Virus record (IMG/VR): IMGVR_UViG_3300045988_082442 | Span: 128,001-192,000 of that record | DNA from: a virus | Length of the DNA stretch: 64,000 nucleotides | Reading direction: 5' to 3' (one strand) | Part shown: positions 51,164-59,872 of the stretch, piece after piece | How positions within the stretch are numbered: position 1 is the stretch's first letter | Layout: the number at the start of each line of letters is the position of its first letter | Program-made: the position numbers and the translations under genes | Notes under the pieces: generated by a model | Told to the model about the DNA's origin: nothing | What the model saw: the letters and a program-made list of their open reading frames with translations, nothing else | Databases searched by the model: none

Positions 51164-54100
51164 ATGTCTAACAAGCTAATTGAAGCATTAGAAGTACATG
51201 ATGAATTAAATCCAGTACTTTGGGATGGAATGGAATTAAAAGATGAAGTTAAAAATAAACTATTAGAGATTGCTGATACCTTTATAAAGGGGCTAGAATA
51301 TCCAATAAATGTAGCTGATATAAGATTTTTAGGTTCAAATGCTAGTTTTAATTACAATGAAAACTCTGATATAGACTTACATATTATTTCTAATTTTGAT
51401 TTAACTTACATAGATAAGAACATATTACAACTATTGTATAATTCTAGTAAGAATAACTTTAATAACAATCATGATATATCTATACATGGTATTCCAGTAG
51501 AAATTTATGTTGAAGATATGAACAGTATGAATGCTACAAATGGTTCTTATAGTTTAATAAAAGATGAGTGGGTTAAGATACCAAAACCAATAGACTATGT
51601 CATTCCAGATTATTCCAAAGAGTTAAATGATTATTTAGATGAATATAATCAAGTTATGAAAGATGGAACATTAGATGAAATAGAAGAACTAATAAACAGA
51701 ATTTATATTGGAAGAAAAGATGGTTTAGCAACTGAGGGGGAAGCAAGTATTGGAAACTGTGTATTTAAAGAATTAAGAAATAGAGATGTTATTAGTAATT
51801 TAAGAGATAGATTACATGAATTAGAAAGCGAAGAACTTACACTTGAAAACAAGAAACTTGAGGAAGATGTAATTGACGATGTTGCTGTTGAAATGCAAGA
51901 CGAACCAACACCAGAGCAAATAAAAGAAAAAGAAGATGAATATACTGAATATATAGAAACACATATAAAAAATGTAAGAAAAGCTTATGATAGAATTGTA
52001 AAAGATTTAATCAAAGATGAATTTACTGATACACAACTAAAACAGTTAGAAGATAATTTAGAAGTACACGATAAAGATAAATATATACCATTTATGTTTG
52101 ATGCTTATAGAAGAGACCATTTACCAGTAAATGAAAAAGAAAAACAAGAAGCCAAAGAGGATTATGATATTGCCTGGGATTATCATAAGCATAATAATAC
52201 TCATCATTGGGAATATTGGTTAAATAGTGCTGGTGAGTTTGCTCAAAACATAGATGGGGAAGCAATGAAACTTGCTTATGCAGAAATGTTTTGTGATTGG
52301 TTATCTTTTGGTTTTAGAAAGGAAGAAACATCAGCTACTGGTGAGTCTACTGAATTTAAAACATGGTATGGTGAGAGTGGTAAGAATATAAAAATACATC
52401 CACAATTAAGAGAATGGTTTGATGATAAAGTTGATACTATTATAAAATATATTGACGAGAATAAAGATACTATTTATGTAGATAAAGAACAAGAAGGAAA
52501 ATGCTTGACAAAATTTAAAAATTGTAATAAAATAGAAGAAGATGATAATATTAATAGAGAGGTAGGTGAAAATATTATGTCTAATGAAGATAAAGAAAAA
52601 GAATTAAAAAGAATGCAAGAATGGGTAAATAAAGTACTAGAAAACAGAAAACTTGAAGAAAGCTCTATGAGTAAAGTAGCAGAATATATTTCTCATTACC
52701 AAGTTGGGTTTATAACAGCTTTTAGACAAGGTAATACAAAAGCAGTAAATCAAGATAATAATCACTGGTTAAAGCTAGATATAATACAAGATTTAGATAA
52801 AACAAAATTATCTTATATAAAAGTAGATGGTACTTATCCAGAACAAAAGAAGAATGCAGATGGTACAGACGCTGAAGGAGAATATGTGCAAATATTTGAA
52901 GAAACTTTTGCAGTAATAAATGACCAATATAGAAGTGATGACTTTATAAAAATTATGTGCAGTCTAGTTAAGAAATATAATCAAGATAGTACATTGATAG
53001 TATTCCCACCATCAAATGATTCTAAAAAGATAGAGGATAATATAACAGCAGCTGAATATGATGGAGATGGTAATAAGAAAGCAACATATAAAGGTTTTAC
53101 TGTTAGTGTTTATGACAAATATAAGGATAAAAATACTGCAGTTGAAGAATATTACACAAAAGTTGGAAACAAGAAACTAAGTTTCACTAATAGACAAGAA
53201 GTAAAAGAATGTATTGATAAAGAACCAGAATATGATGTTTACACTTATAGATTAAAGAAACAAGGAAATCAAGGAAGTATGCTAGAATCCCAAAGAAAAC
53301 ATATCTATGTAGAAGGATTATTAAATGAATTTAATAAGTTAGAAGAAAGTAGTATGTCAAGGATATTACAACTAATTCAACAAGGATATTTTGCAACAGT
53401 AAGTGCTGATATTAGTATTATAAGATATGCTTTCTATGTAGCAAAAGATGAAGAATTTATTAAATTAGTTGATAATGATATTCAAAACTTTAATAAACTA
53501 GACAACCAAGAAGAAATAGAAAGTGAACTAAGCTCTAAATATGGTAAAGATTTATTGACATATAATAAAGATGCTTATAAGCAATTACAAGAATCTGTAA
53601 GAAATACTGGATTAGGATATGTTCCAATAGAAGGAGTTTATACTTACTCTGATAGCAATCAAGAAAGTACAGAACCATCATTGTTCATATCTATATCAAA
53701 AGACAAACGAGCTTCATTTGAGGACTTTAAAAATACTATAATAGATATAGGTAATACTTACTATCAAGAAAGTGTTGTTATAGGCAATTCTGATAAGTCT
53801 GACAATGGGGATATAAAAGCAGATAATGATGGAAAAATAACTATTGATGCTTCTTTATATGATTGTGAAACAGGTTCAGTCATAGCATCAGAGTATTATG
53901 ATACAGAATATAATAAAATTAAGTTATCTGATTTTTCAGGTTTCTTATCAAGATTAGTTAAAGATAAGAATAAAGCATTTGCAATGTATAAATTTGATGA
54001 AAGTGTAGAAGTATTTAATGGTATTGATACATCTTCATATACAAAATGTTTACAAGCAGGTGGAGTACATGAAAGATGGAAACAACATATAAACCCAGTA

Positions 54101-54694
54101 GCAAATAAAATGACAGAAAAATATTCTAAGCTACAAGAAGATTATGATGACTATAGAAGTAAAGTTAAGTTTGATTTGGAATATAGAGTAATAGCTCCTA
54201 TTACTGTAAAACAAGAAGATGAATTTGACACATACGGAAAATATGACCAAGAAATGGACATTGATATAGATAGTCTTTATGAATCTTATGAAGATGTAGC
54301 TAAACAAATTCAAGACTTAGTTGATGATGAAGATTTATTAAAAGAAATCTTCCCTAATGTAGGTTTAGGTAGAGTATATGTTGGAAATATTGAACTTGAT
54401 GAAGATAAACTTGATTTTGATATTGGTTTCAGTAGTATAGTAGACCCAGTAGAGAGAGGTAATGATATAAAACTTGATGAAGATGAGATTAAAGAACAAA
54501 TAAAAGATTTAGTTATTTGTATCATTGAAAATGTTGATTATGTATCAGCAAAGCAAGTATATACAGAATATACTGGGGAAGTAGATGAGGATGGAGAACC
54601 TATTGAAGAAGAAATTACTTCTGATAATGAAATAAGCTATTCTATAAATCTTGATAAATCAAAAGATATTGAAATACACAAAATAAGTGAATAG
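51164..54694 (+). CDS. 1176-aa composite protein: N-terminal pol-beta-fold nucleotidyltransferase region plus C-terminal region with two related modules
   Basis: GSNASFNYNENSDIDLHI (GS..D.D). HDKDKY...HHWEYW. LEESSMSKVAEYI and LEESSMSRILQLI mark a duplicated module. A promoter, RBS and ATG lie in frame at 52505-52579. Confidence 0.6.
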   Translation: MSNKLIEALEVHDELNPVLWDGMELKDEVKNKLLEIADTFIKGLEYPINVADIRFLGSNASFNYNENSDIDLHIISNFDLTYIDKNILQLLYNSSKNNFNNNHDISIHGIPVEIYVEDMNSMNATNGSYSLIKDEWVKIPKPIDYVIPDYSKELNDYLDEYNQVMKDGTLDEIEELINRIYIGRKDGLATEGEASIGNCVFKELRNRDVISNLRDRLHELESEELTLENKKLEEDVIDDVAVEMQDEPTPEQIKEKEDEYTEYIETHIKNVRKAYDRIVKDLIKDEFTDTQLKQLEDNLEVHDKDKYIPFMFDAYRRDHLPVNEKEKQEAKEDYDIAWDYHKHNNTHHWEYWLNSAGEFAQNIDGEAMKLAYAEMFCDWLSFGFRKEETSATGESTEFKTWYGESGKNIKIHPQLREWFDDKVDTIIKYIDENKDTIYVDKEQEGKCLTKFKNCNKIEEDDNINREVGENIMSNEDKEKELKRMQEWVNKVLENRKLEESSMSKVAEYISHYQVGFITAFRQGNTKAVNQDNNHWLKLDIIQDLDKTKLSYIKVDGTYPEQKKNADGTDAEGEYVQIFEETFAVINDQYRSDDFIKIMCSLVKKYNQDSTLIVFPPSNDSKKIEDNITAAEYDGDGNKKATYKGFTVSVYDKYKDKNTAVEEYYTKVGNKKLSFTNRQEVKECIDKEPEYDVYTYRLKKQGNQGSMLESQRKHIYVEGLLNEFNKLEESSMSRILQLIQQGYFATVSADISIIRYAFYVAKDEEFIKLVDNDIQNFNKLDNQEEIESELSSKYGKDLLTYNKDAYKQLQESVRNTGLGYVPIEGVYTYSDSNQESTEPSLFISISKDKRASFEDFKNTIIDIGNTYYQESVVIGNSDKSDNGDIKADNDGKITIDASLYDCETGSVIASEYYDTEYNKIKLSDFSGFLSRLVKDKNKAFAMYKFDESVEVFNGIDTSSYTKCLQAGGVHERWKQHINPVANKMTEKYSKLQEDYDDYRSKVKFDLEYRVIAPITVKQEDEFDTYGKYDQEMDIDIDSLYESYEDVAKQIQDLVDDEDLLKEIFPNVGLGRVYVGNIELDEDKLDFDIGFSSIVDPVERGNDIKLDEDEIKEQIKDLVICIIENVDYVSAKQVYTEYTGEVDEDGEPIEEEITSDNEISYSINLDKSKDIEIHKISE
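52505..52533 (+). promoter_or_regulatory. family promoter located inside the 1176-aa ORF
   Basis: AATGCTTGACAAAATTTAAAAATTGTAA then TAAAAT. GAGAGGTAGGTGA and an in-frame ATG at 52577 follow. Confidence 0.55.
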
Positions 54695-54699
54695 AAATA

Positions 54700-54727
54700 A
54701 AAGACAGGTTATAACCTGTCTTTTTAT
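54700..54727. terminator. bidirectional terminator between convergent genes
   Basis: AAAGACAGGTT-ATA-AACCTGTCTTT flanked by A-runs and T-runs. Confidence 0.8.
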
Positions 54728-55125
54728 ACTTCTGGTTTTGGTTTAAATTTAACATTACCTTTTACTGATTTTTCCATAAGGTAAGAGTTAAACTTTTCTT
54801 CTCCTAAATCTTCTTTTAATTTATCTTGGTCTAATTCTTTCTTTGTATAGGCATGTGTTAGATTTGCTATTATTGACATTCCTTCAAGGTAATCAATATC
54901 AGAAGCTTCCATACCTTCATACATATTTTTCTTTGCATCATTATAAATTATGTTATTATCTTCTAGTTTCTTTTGTAATGCTAGATATTCTTGTAATACC
55001 TCATTATCCCTATTCTTTTCTAGTAGTTCTTCTAGCATTACCTCTATTTGATTATTCTCAGTAGCTGCGTTATCAGCTTTGATAAACTCCTCTTTAAAAT
55101 CATATACAACTTTCTTCTTTGCCAT
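54724..55125 (-). CDS. hypothetical protein (only minus-strand gene in the window)
   Basis: ORF track. AGGAGG RBS and a family promoter on the minus strand. Confidence 0.7.
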   Translation of the reverse strand: MAKKKVVYDFKEEFIKADNAATENNQIEVMLEELLEKNRDNEVLQEYLALQKKLEDNNIIYNDAKKNMYEGMEASDIDYLEGMSIIANLTHAYTKKELDQDKLKEDLGEEKFNSYLMEKSVKGNVKFKPKPEV

Positions 55126-55197
55126 TGTACTTTACCTCCTACATAAATATTTCTATAATAACAACATCTTCTGTGTTGCTTTATTTTAACTATAACC

Positions 55198-55226
55198 ATC
55201 TTACTATAAGTTTTAAATTTTGTCAA
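55198..55226 (-). promoter_or_regulatory. sigma-70-like promoter (family), minus strand
   Basis: The reverse complement reads AAAATGCTTGACAAAATTTAAAACTTATAG then TAAGAT. Confidence 0.65.
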
Positions 55227-55268
55227 GCATTTTTATAAAATATTTTAAACTTATATTATTACTATTTT

Positions 55269-55284
55269 GTAAAATATTAATGAG
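55269..55284 (+). promoter_or_regulatory. late-promoter-like motif
   Basis: GTAAAATATTAATGAG, 27 nt upstream of the ATG at 55311. Confidence 0.5.
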
Positions 55285-55310
55285 AGATATTATTCAAGGA
55301 GGTTTTGAAA

Positions 55311-55499
55311 ATGTTTATATTTCTAAATGATGGTAGAAAAGTTAATATGATGTGGGTAGCAACATTTTACCAAGAAAAGAATGAAGTTATATATGAAATG
55401 GTTAAAGGACAAACAGTAAAAGTAGTAGAATCTTTTGGAACAGAAGCTGAAGCCAAAGCAAGAATAGATGAATTAGAGGATATTTATTTATATCATTAG
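55311..55499 (+). CDS. small protein homologous to the N-terminus of the 58127 fibre protein
   Basis: MFIFLNDGRKVNMMW...ESFGTEAEAKARIDELE versus FIKLKDGRKLNLFYL...EGYATPEEAEARVKEVD. Confidence 0.6.
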   Translation: MFIFLNDGRKVNMMWVATFYQEKNEVIYEMVKGQTVKVVESFGTEAEAKARIDELEDIYLYH

Positions 55500-55510
55500 G
55501 AGGGATTAAA

Positions 55511-56026
55511 ATGGCTGTAAAATATAGAAAACAAAAACCAGAAGAAATAATAGAAACAGGTCATGTGGTTATGATTTCCCCAGATACTTCTTTTGTTACA
55601 AAAGCTCAAAGGGACCCTTTTGGAATAAATGAAAGATTAGTAGTAGGTGTTGCTGATAATACAGATAATAAAACACCTGTACCTATTGAGTTTAAATGTG
55701 GTAATGCAAAAGAAGTAACAGCATTAAATATAAATGGTGGAAATTCTAGTTCTAATAGTACATTAAACATAAATGGTGGAAATTCTTTAATAAGTTCAAG
55801 AGAATATATAGACACTGTTGAATATGGAATTGTTACAATGACTATTGATGTACCACCTTGTTCAAGGGTTAGAGTAGGAGATAAACTAGCAATAAGTAGA
55901 AAAAATGCTGGTAATATAGAAGTTATGAGGGTTACTAATAACCATCCCTTTGGGAATAGAAGTGTTGGTAAAGTAATTAAAATTATAGATGGAACACATG
56001 TAGAAGTTCTATTGAATATAGAATAG
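55511..56026 (+). CDS. structural protein, paralog of 56598-56966
   Basis: Shared C-terminal signature RSVGKV(I/V)...LLNI(E/K). Confidence 0.55.
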   Translation: MAVKYRKQKPEEIIETGHVVMISPDTSFVTKAQRDPFGINERLVVGVADNTDNKTPVPIEFKCGNAKEVTALNINGGNSSSNSTLNINGGNSLISSREYIDTVEYGIVTMTIDVPPCSRVRVGDKLAISRKNAGNIEVMRVTNNHPFGNRSVGKVIKIIDGTHVEVLLNIE

Positions 56027-56041
56027 GAGGATTTATAGATT

Positions 56042-56572
56042 ATGGAAGATGAAAATAAGCCTGTTGTTGTAATAACACCAGAAGAAATAAAAAAGGCAGT
56101 AGAAGATTATTTTAAAGATGTAGTATGTGTTATAATACCTAGACACGATACATCTTCAAATTGGGTATTAAATGATACTATATTATCTAATGGAGAATAT
56201 GGTATTGAGGATGATACACATAGAGTAAAAAGAGGAAATGGTACTGATAAATGGTCTGACCTAGATTATGAAACATTTGGAATAGAACACTTAATGACAG
56301 CAAAAGCAGAAGATGTTTCTTATAATAATACAACATCTGGAATATCAAAAGTAAATGTTCAAGAGTGTTTAGATTATATTATAGATAGTCAGTTACAATT
56401 AAAACAAATTCTAAGTGCTCAAGAAAGTGTAAAGAATAAAGTTTATAACATTGACGCTGATAAAATATCTAGTAGCAGTTACCCATCAGCTAGAGCTGTT
56501 ATGGAATATGTAAATAATATCACATCTCAATATGAAGATAGAATAACAAGACTAGAAAATAAATTAAAATAA
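56042..56572 (+). CDS. hypothetical structural protein
   Basis: ORF track. Confidence 0.6.
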   Translation: MEDENKPVVVITPEEIKKAVEDYFKDVVCVIIPRHDTSSNWVLNDTILSNGEYGIEDDTHRVKRGNGTDKWSDLDYETFGIEHLMTAKAEDVSYNNTTSGISKVNVQECLDYIIDSQLQLKQILSAQESVKNKVYNIDADKISSSSYPSARAVMEYVNNITSQYEDRITRLENKLK

Positions 56573-56597
56573 AAGCATTAGAATAGTAGGTGATAAA

Positions 56598-56966
56598 ATG
56601 AGTGAAATTCTAAAATATAAAGCAGAAGAAGATATACAAATAGGTGACTTGATTGCAATGGACCAAGTTTCAAATTTAGTACATAAAGCAACTATGCTTG
56701 ATAGAAAAAAAGTTATAGGTGTATGTGCTGATGTATTTCCAGATACAGAAGAAGTTTTAATCTGTAATCAAGGTGTTATAGATGTTAATGTTACTGGTAT
56801 AATTTGTCTAGGAGACCATATAGGTGTATCACAGAAGCCAGGAAAAGCAGAAGCAATAAACTATGAAATACAGGAAGAAAGACAATTTGATGTTAGAAGT
56901 GTAGGTAAAGTAGTAGGTTTATATGATGTCTATTCCAAAGCAAGAGTGCTACTAAATATTAAGTAA
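56598..56966 (+). CDS. structural protein (DUF2190-like decoration/fibre-tip fold?)
   Basis: 122 aa with pattern IGDL...VIGVC....GVIDVNV.G....GD.IGVS..PGKAE. By eye only. Confidence 0.45.
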   Translation: MSEILKYKAEEDIQIGDLIAMDQVSNLVHKATMLDRKKVIGVCADVFPDTEEVLICNQGVIDVNVTGIICLGDHIGVSQKPGKAEAINYEIQEERQFDVRSVGKVVGLYDVYSKARVLLNIK

Positions 56967-56974
56967 TTCTGGGG

Positions 56975-57000
56975 CGTCAGGATGCCCTAGAAATGATTTT
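56975..57000 (+). repeat. GC-rich conserved intergenic element, copy 2
   Basis: CGTCAGGATGCCCTAGAAATGATTTT, within the possible hairpin GGGC-GTCAGGAT-GCCC. Confidence 0.6.
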
Positions 57001-57052
57001 TATATTTAATTAGATAAATTATATTACTAAACTAGAAAGGTAGGAAATAAAT

Positions 57053-57412
57053 ATGAGTTTAGAAGGATTTGATACTGATATATCTAATAAGGAAGTAATG
57101 AGAGCAATTCCAGAGGAGATTAAAAGAAAAATAAATGAACATGGAGCAATATGTGATTATTTAAAAGATTTATATAAAACTAAAAATGCTGATTATGGGG
57201 ATTGTATGCACCCACTATTTAAAGAATATGGTTTAACTGCATTCTTAGTAATGTTAGACATAAAGTTAAGTAGAATAAAATCATTACAATATAAATCTAA
57301 TCATTATGAAAGTCTTGAAGATAGTTTGTTAGATTTAGCTAATTATGCTATGATAGCAGTAACAGAATTAAGAGATAAGAAAAATAATCATAAAACACTT
57401 GACAAAATTTAA
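57053..57412 (+). CDS. DUF1599-like helical protein
   Basis: KNADYGD...LDIKLSRIKSL...EDSLLDLANYAMIA pattern. Confidence 0.45.
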   Translation: MSLEGFDTDISNKEVMRAIPEEIKRKINEHGAICDYLKDLYKTKNADYGDCMHPLFKEYGLTAFLVMLDIKLSRIKSLQYKSNHYESLEDSLLDLANYAMIAVTELRDKKNNHKTLDKI

Positions 57413-57427
57413 AACTTATTGTATAAT
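57399..57427 (+). promoter_or_regulatory. sigma-70-like promoter (family) overlapping the last codons of the upstream gene
   Basis: TTGACA, 17 nt, TATAAT. Confidence 0.7.
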
Positions 57428-57467
57428 TGTCTTAAAATAAGTTTATAATAAGTGAAAGGTGATTGAG

Positions 57468-57908
57468 ATGAAAAAAGAGGATATAGTTACAAAAGAAACA
57501 ATGAGGATGATAATTGAAGAAGAAAAAGAACAATTATTTGAAATGGCTAACTTACAACCAAGAACAACAGGACTAAAAACAGTATTATACTCAACATTCG
57601 ATGGTGACGAAGAAAGTTATCAACATAGTAGTCCGAGAGTTAAAATAAAAACAATAAATGCAGGAAGATTTCCAATATTATTAGAACCTAATGTAGAGCC
57701 ATTAAATAGTAATGGTGAATATAATAGATTAAAAAATGAAGACTTAAAAATAGTAGATGAAGCCGTTGAGTATGTTAAAGAAAATAAAGAATCTTTTCTA
57801 TCTCATTGGTATGGTAGAATAGGTGATGAGCAATTGAGAAAAGTATTGACTGGAATAATGTCATTAAAAGAAGCAGAAGAAGATGCAATGCAAAATGGAG
57901 TTGAATAA
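57468..57908 (+). CDS. hypothetical protein
   Basis: Track frame; the ATG at 57468 is preferred over the GTG at 57459. Confidence 0.6.
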   Translation: MKKEDIVTKETMRMIIEEEKEQLFEMANLQPRTTGLKTVLYSTFDGDEESYQHSSPRVKIKTINAGRFPILLEPNVEPLNSNGEYNRLKNEDLKIVDEAVEYVKENKESFLSHWYGRIGDEQLRKVLTGIMSLKEAEEDAMQNGVE

Positions 57909-57925
57909 ATAAATTTAATTTTTAA

Positions 57926-57960
57926 AAAGTATCTAAAATTATTAGATACTTTCTTTTTTG
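57926..57960 (+). terminator. intrinsic terminator
   Basis: AAAGTATCTAA..TTAGATACTTT followed by CTTTTTT. Confidence 0.75.
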
Positions 57961-57965
57961 TTTTT

Positions 57966-57981
57966 GTAAAATATTAATGAG
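57966..57981 (+). promoter_or_regulatory. late-promoter-like motif
   Basis: GTAAAATATTAATGAG, followed by an unusually long leader (about 145 nt). Confidence 0.5.
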
Positions 57982-58068
57982 GCGAATAGTCTATACAAAA
58001 TTAAATACTTTGGTATGGTGGGAAAGGCTCTGGGATACAGAGATGTCATACATATATAATATAAATTC

Positions 58069-58102
58069 AAGACCCTAGTTCTATCCCATCGACTAGGGTC
58101 TT
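58069..58102 (+). other. stable hairpin in the 5' leader of the fibre operon
   Basis: AAGACCCTAGT-12 nt-ACTAGGGTCTT, 24 nt upstream of the GTG start. Confidence 0.6.
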
Positions 58103-58126
58103 ATTATATGAAAGGAGGAAACTTAA

Positions 58127-59854
58127 GTGTTTATAAAACTTAAAGATGGAAGAAAGCTAAATCTATTTTATTTATCAGATTGTTTCATTGGTAAACATGA
58201 TAAGACAGTAGTTATCTTTTATTTAGTAAATAGTGTGAAAATAATAGAAGGATATGCAACACCAGAAGAAGCTGAGGCGAGAGTAAAAGAAGTTGATTTA
58301 GCAATGGAAGCAGCAAGAGGTGGAGGATTAATTCAAAAAGATACTTTTTCAGATTTTCCTGATAAAGGAAATAAAGGATTTGTTTATATAGCAAAAGATA
58401 CAGGTCAAACATATTATTGGGATGAAATAACAAAAACATACATCTCAACAGGTACTGCTGGTAGAACTGGTGTTTATTCTACTGATATTGCTTTACCTGT
58501 AACAATAGGTTCTGAAATTAAAATAAATAAGTCAGACCTAACTGAAATATTAAAACCAACAGTAGATTATTCAGATGGTTCTGAAATAATAGGAAATAAT
58601 AATATGCATGGTATTATTGTAGGAAGTGATGCTACGACAGTTACTGTAAAAACAATAACTGACTTAACAATAGATAGCTTTCAACAAGTAGAAACACTAT
58701 CTGATTTACCAGCAACAAATACACCTAATGTTTTATACTATGTTAAAGATATAGACGAGTTTAGAGTTTGGGACGATACAACAAATTCATGGGTAGAACC
58801 ATTCCACCCTATAATATTTGGTACTGTAAATGTAGCAGATGCTAGAACAGGAACATTGTATGTTGAAGATGGTGTTGCTAAGTACACAATTGACAATGTA
58901 AATTGGATTGAATTAGATAAACATGTCTTTGAGTATAATAAAGATACAGATTATCTAAAAGATACTTTTGTGTATGTAGGTGATTTAACTGCAAGAGTTG
59001 TAGCTGATTATAAATCAGATAATACGAAACCAACAATAGCAGAATCATTTGAAAAAGATATAGCAGATGGTAAATTAGCACTAGTAAGTGCATCAGCAGA
59101 ATTAGAAAGGGACATTACTTCAAATGTTGACTGTGGTGCAGCTCCAAAAGGTTCTTTCTTCCCAGAAGGAATGTCATTTACAGATTTTGCTGAAAAGATA
59201 CTAAGAAAAGATATAGTACCAACAATAAGTACTTCATTCTCAAATTCTGGAGTAAAACAAGTTGGCTCAACAGTAAATAATACATTAATGAAATTAACAA
59301 TAACAAATTTAGCTGATGTTACAGTAGGAGTAAATACAATAGATTTCTATATAGGAACTACATTAGTTGATAGTCAACCATTTGTAGCAGGTCAAAATGT
59401 ATATCAATATAATTACACAACACCTATTACATCTAATACACCAACAACAATCACTGCGAAAGCAGTATTGACATATCAAACAAGTAAAAAAGCTCAAGGA
59501 ACTGGAAACTTTATATTTGTTTACCCATCATATTCAGGAGTTACAAAATTAGCAACAATTACAGATGCTGATGCAACAGGATTCCAAACAACATTTACTA
59601 AAAATGTTAAAACAGCAAAAGGCTATACATGGAACAATATAACTGTAAATGATGAAAGATTCTGTTATATGTACCCAAAATCAATGGGAGCTTTAACAAG
59701 TATTATAGATGGAAATGGATTTAATCAAATGGATTCATATACAAGATTTACAGTAAATGTTACAGACGCTACTACAAGTAATGTAGAACCTTATTATGTT
59801 TATTTATTAACTGACCCAACAACAGGTACAGGATTTAAACAAGTATATGCTTAA
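58127..59854 (+). CDS. tail fibre-like protein (GTG start)
   Basis: 575 aa. Shares the Y.KD..VY.G.L.ARVVADY.SDNTKPTI module with the next two genes. Confidence 0.65.
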   Translation: MFIKLKDGRKLNLFYLSDCFIGKHDKTVVIFYLVNSVKIIEGYATPEEAEARVKEVDLAMEAARGGGLIQKDTFSDFPDKGNKGFVYIAKDTGQTYYWDEITKTYISTGTAGRTGVYSTDIALPVTIGSEIKINKSDLTEILKPTVDYSDGSEIIGNNNMHGIIVGSDATTVTVKTITDLTIDSFQQVETLSDLPATNTPNVLYYVKDIDEFRVWDDTTNSWVEPFHPIIFGTVNVADARTGTLYVEDGVAKYTIDNVNWIELDKHVFEYNKDTDYLKDTFVYVGDLTARVVADYKSDNTKPTIAESFEKDIADGKLALVSASAELERDITSNVDCGAAPKGSFFPEGMSFTDFAEKILRKDIVPTISTSFSNSGVKQVGSTVNNTLMKLTITNLADVTVGVNTIDFYIGTTLVDSQPFVAGQNVYQYNYTTPITSNTPTTITAKAVLTYQTSKKAQGTGNFIFVYPSYSGVTKLATITDADATGFQTTFTKNVKTAKGYTWNNITVNDERFCYMYPKSMGALTSIIDGNGFNQMDSYTRFTVNVTDATTSNVEPYYVYLLTDPTTGTGFKQVYA

Positions 59855-59872
59855 GAAGGGAGGAGTTAAATA

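Noticed and set aside
58040-58058. ACAGAGATGT 10-mer shared with 668-677 and resembling the repeat core CACAGATGTG, as a possible further orphan handle
   Set aside because: Only 10 nt match, there is no flanking repeat similarity, and the genome composition is AT-biased. This is compatible with chance.
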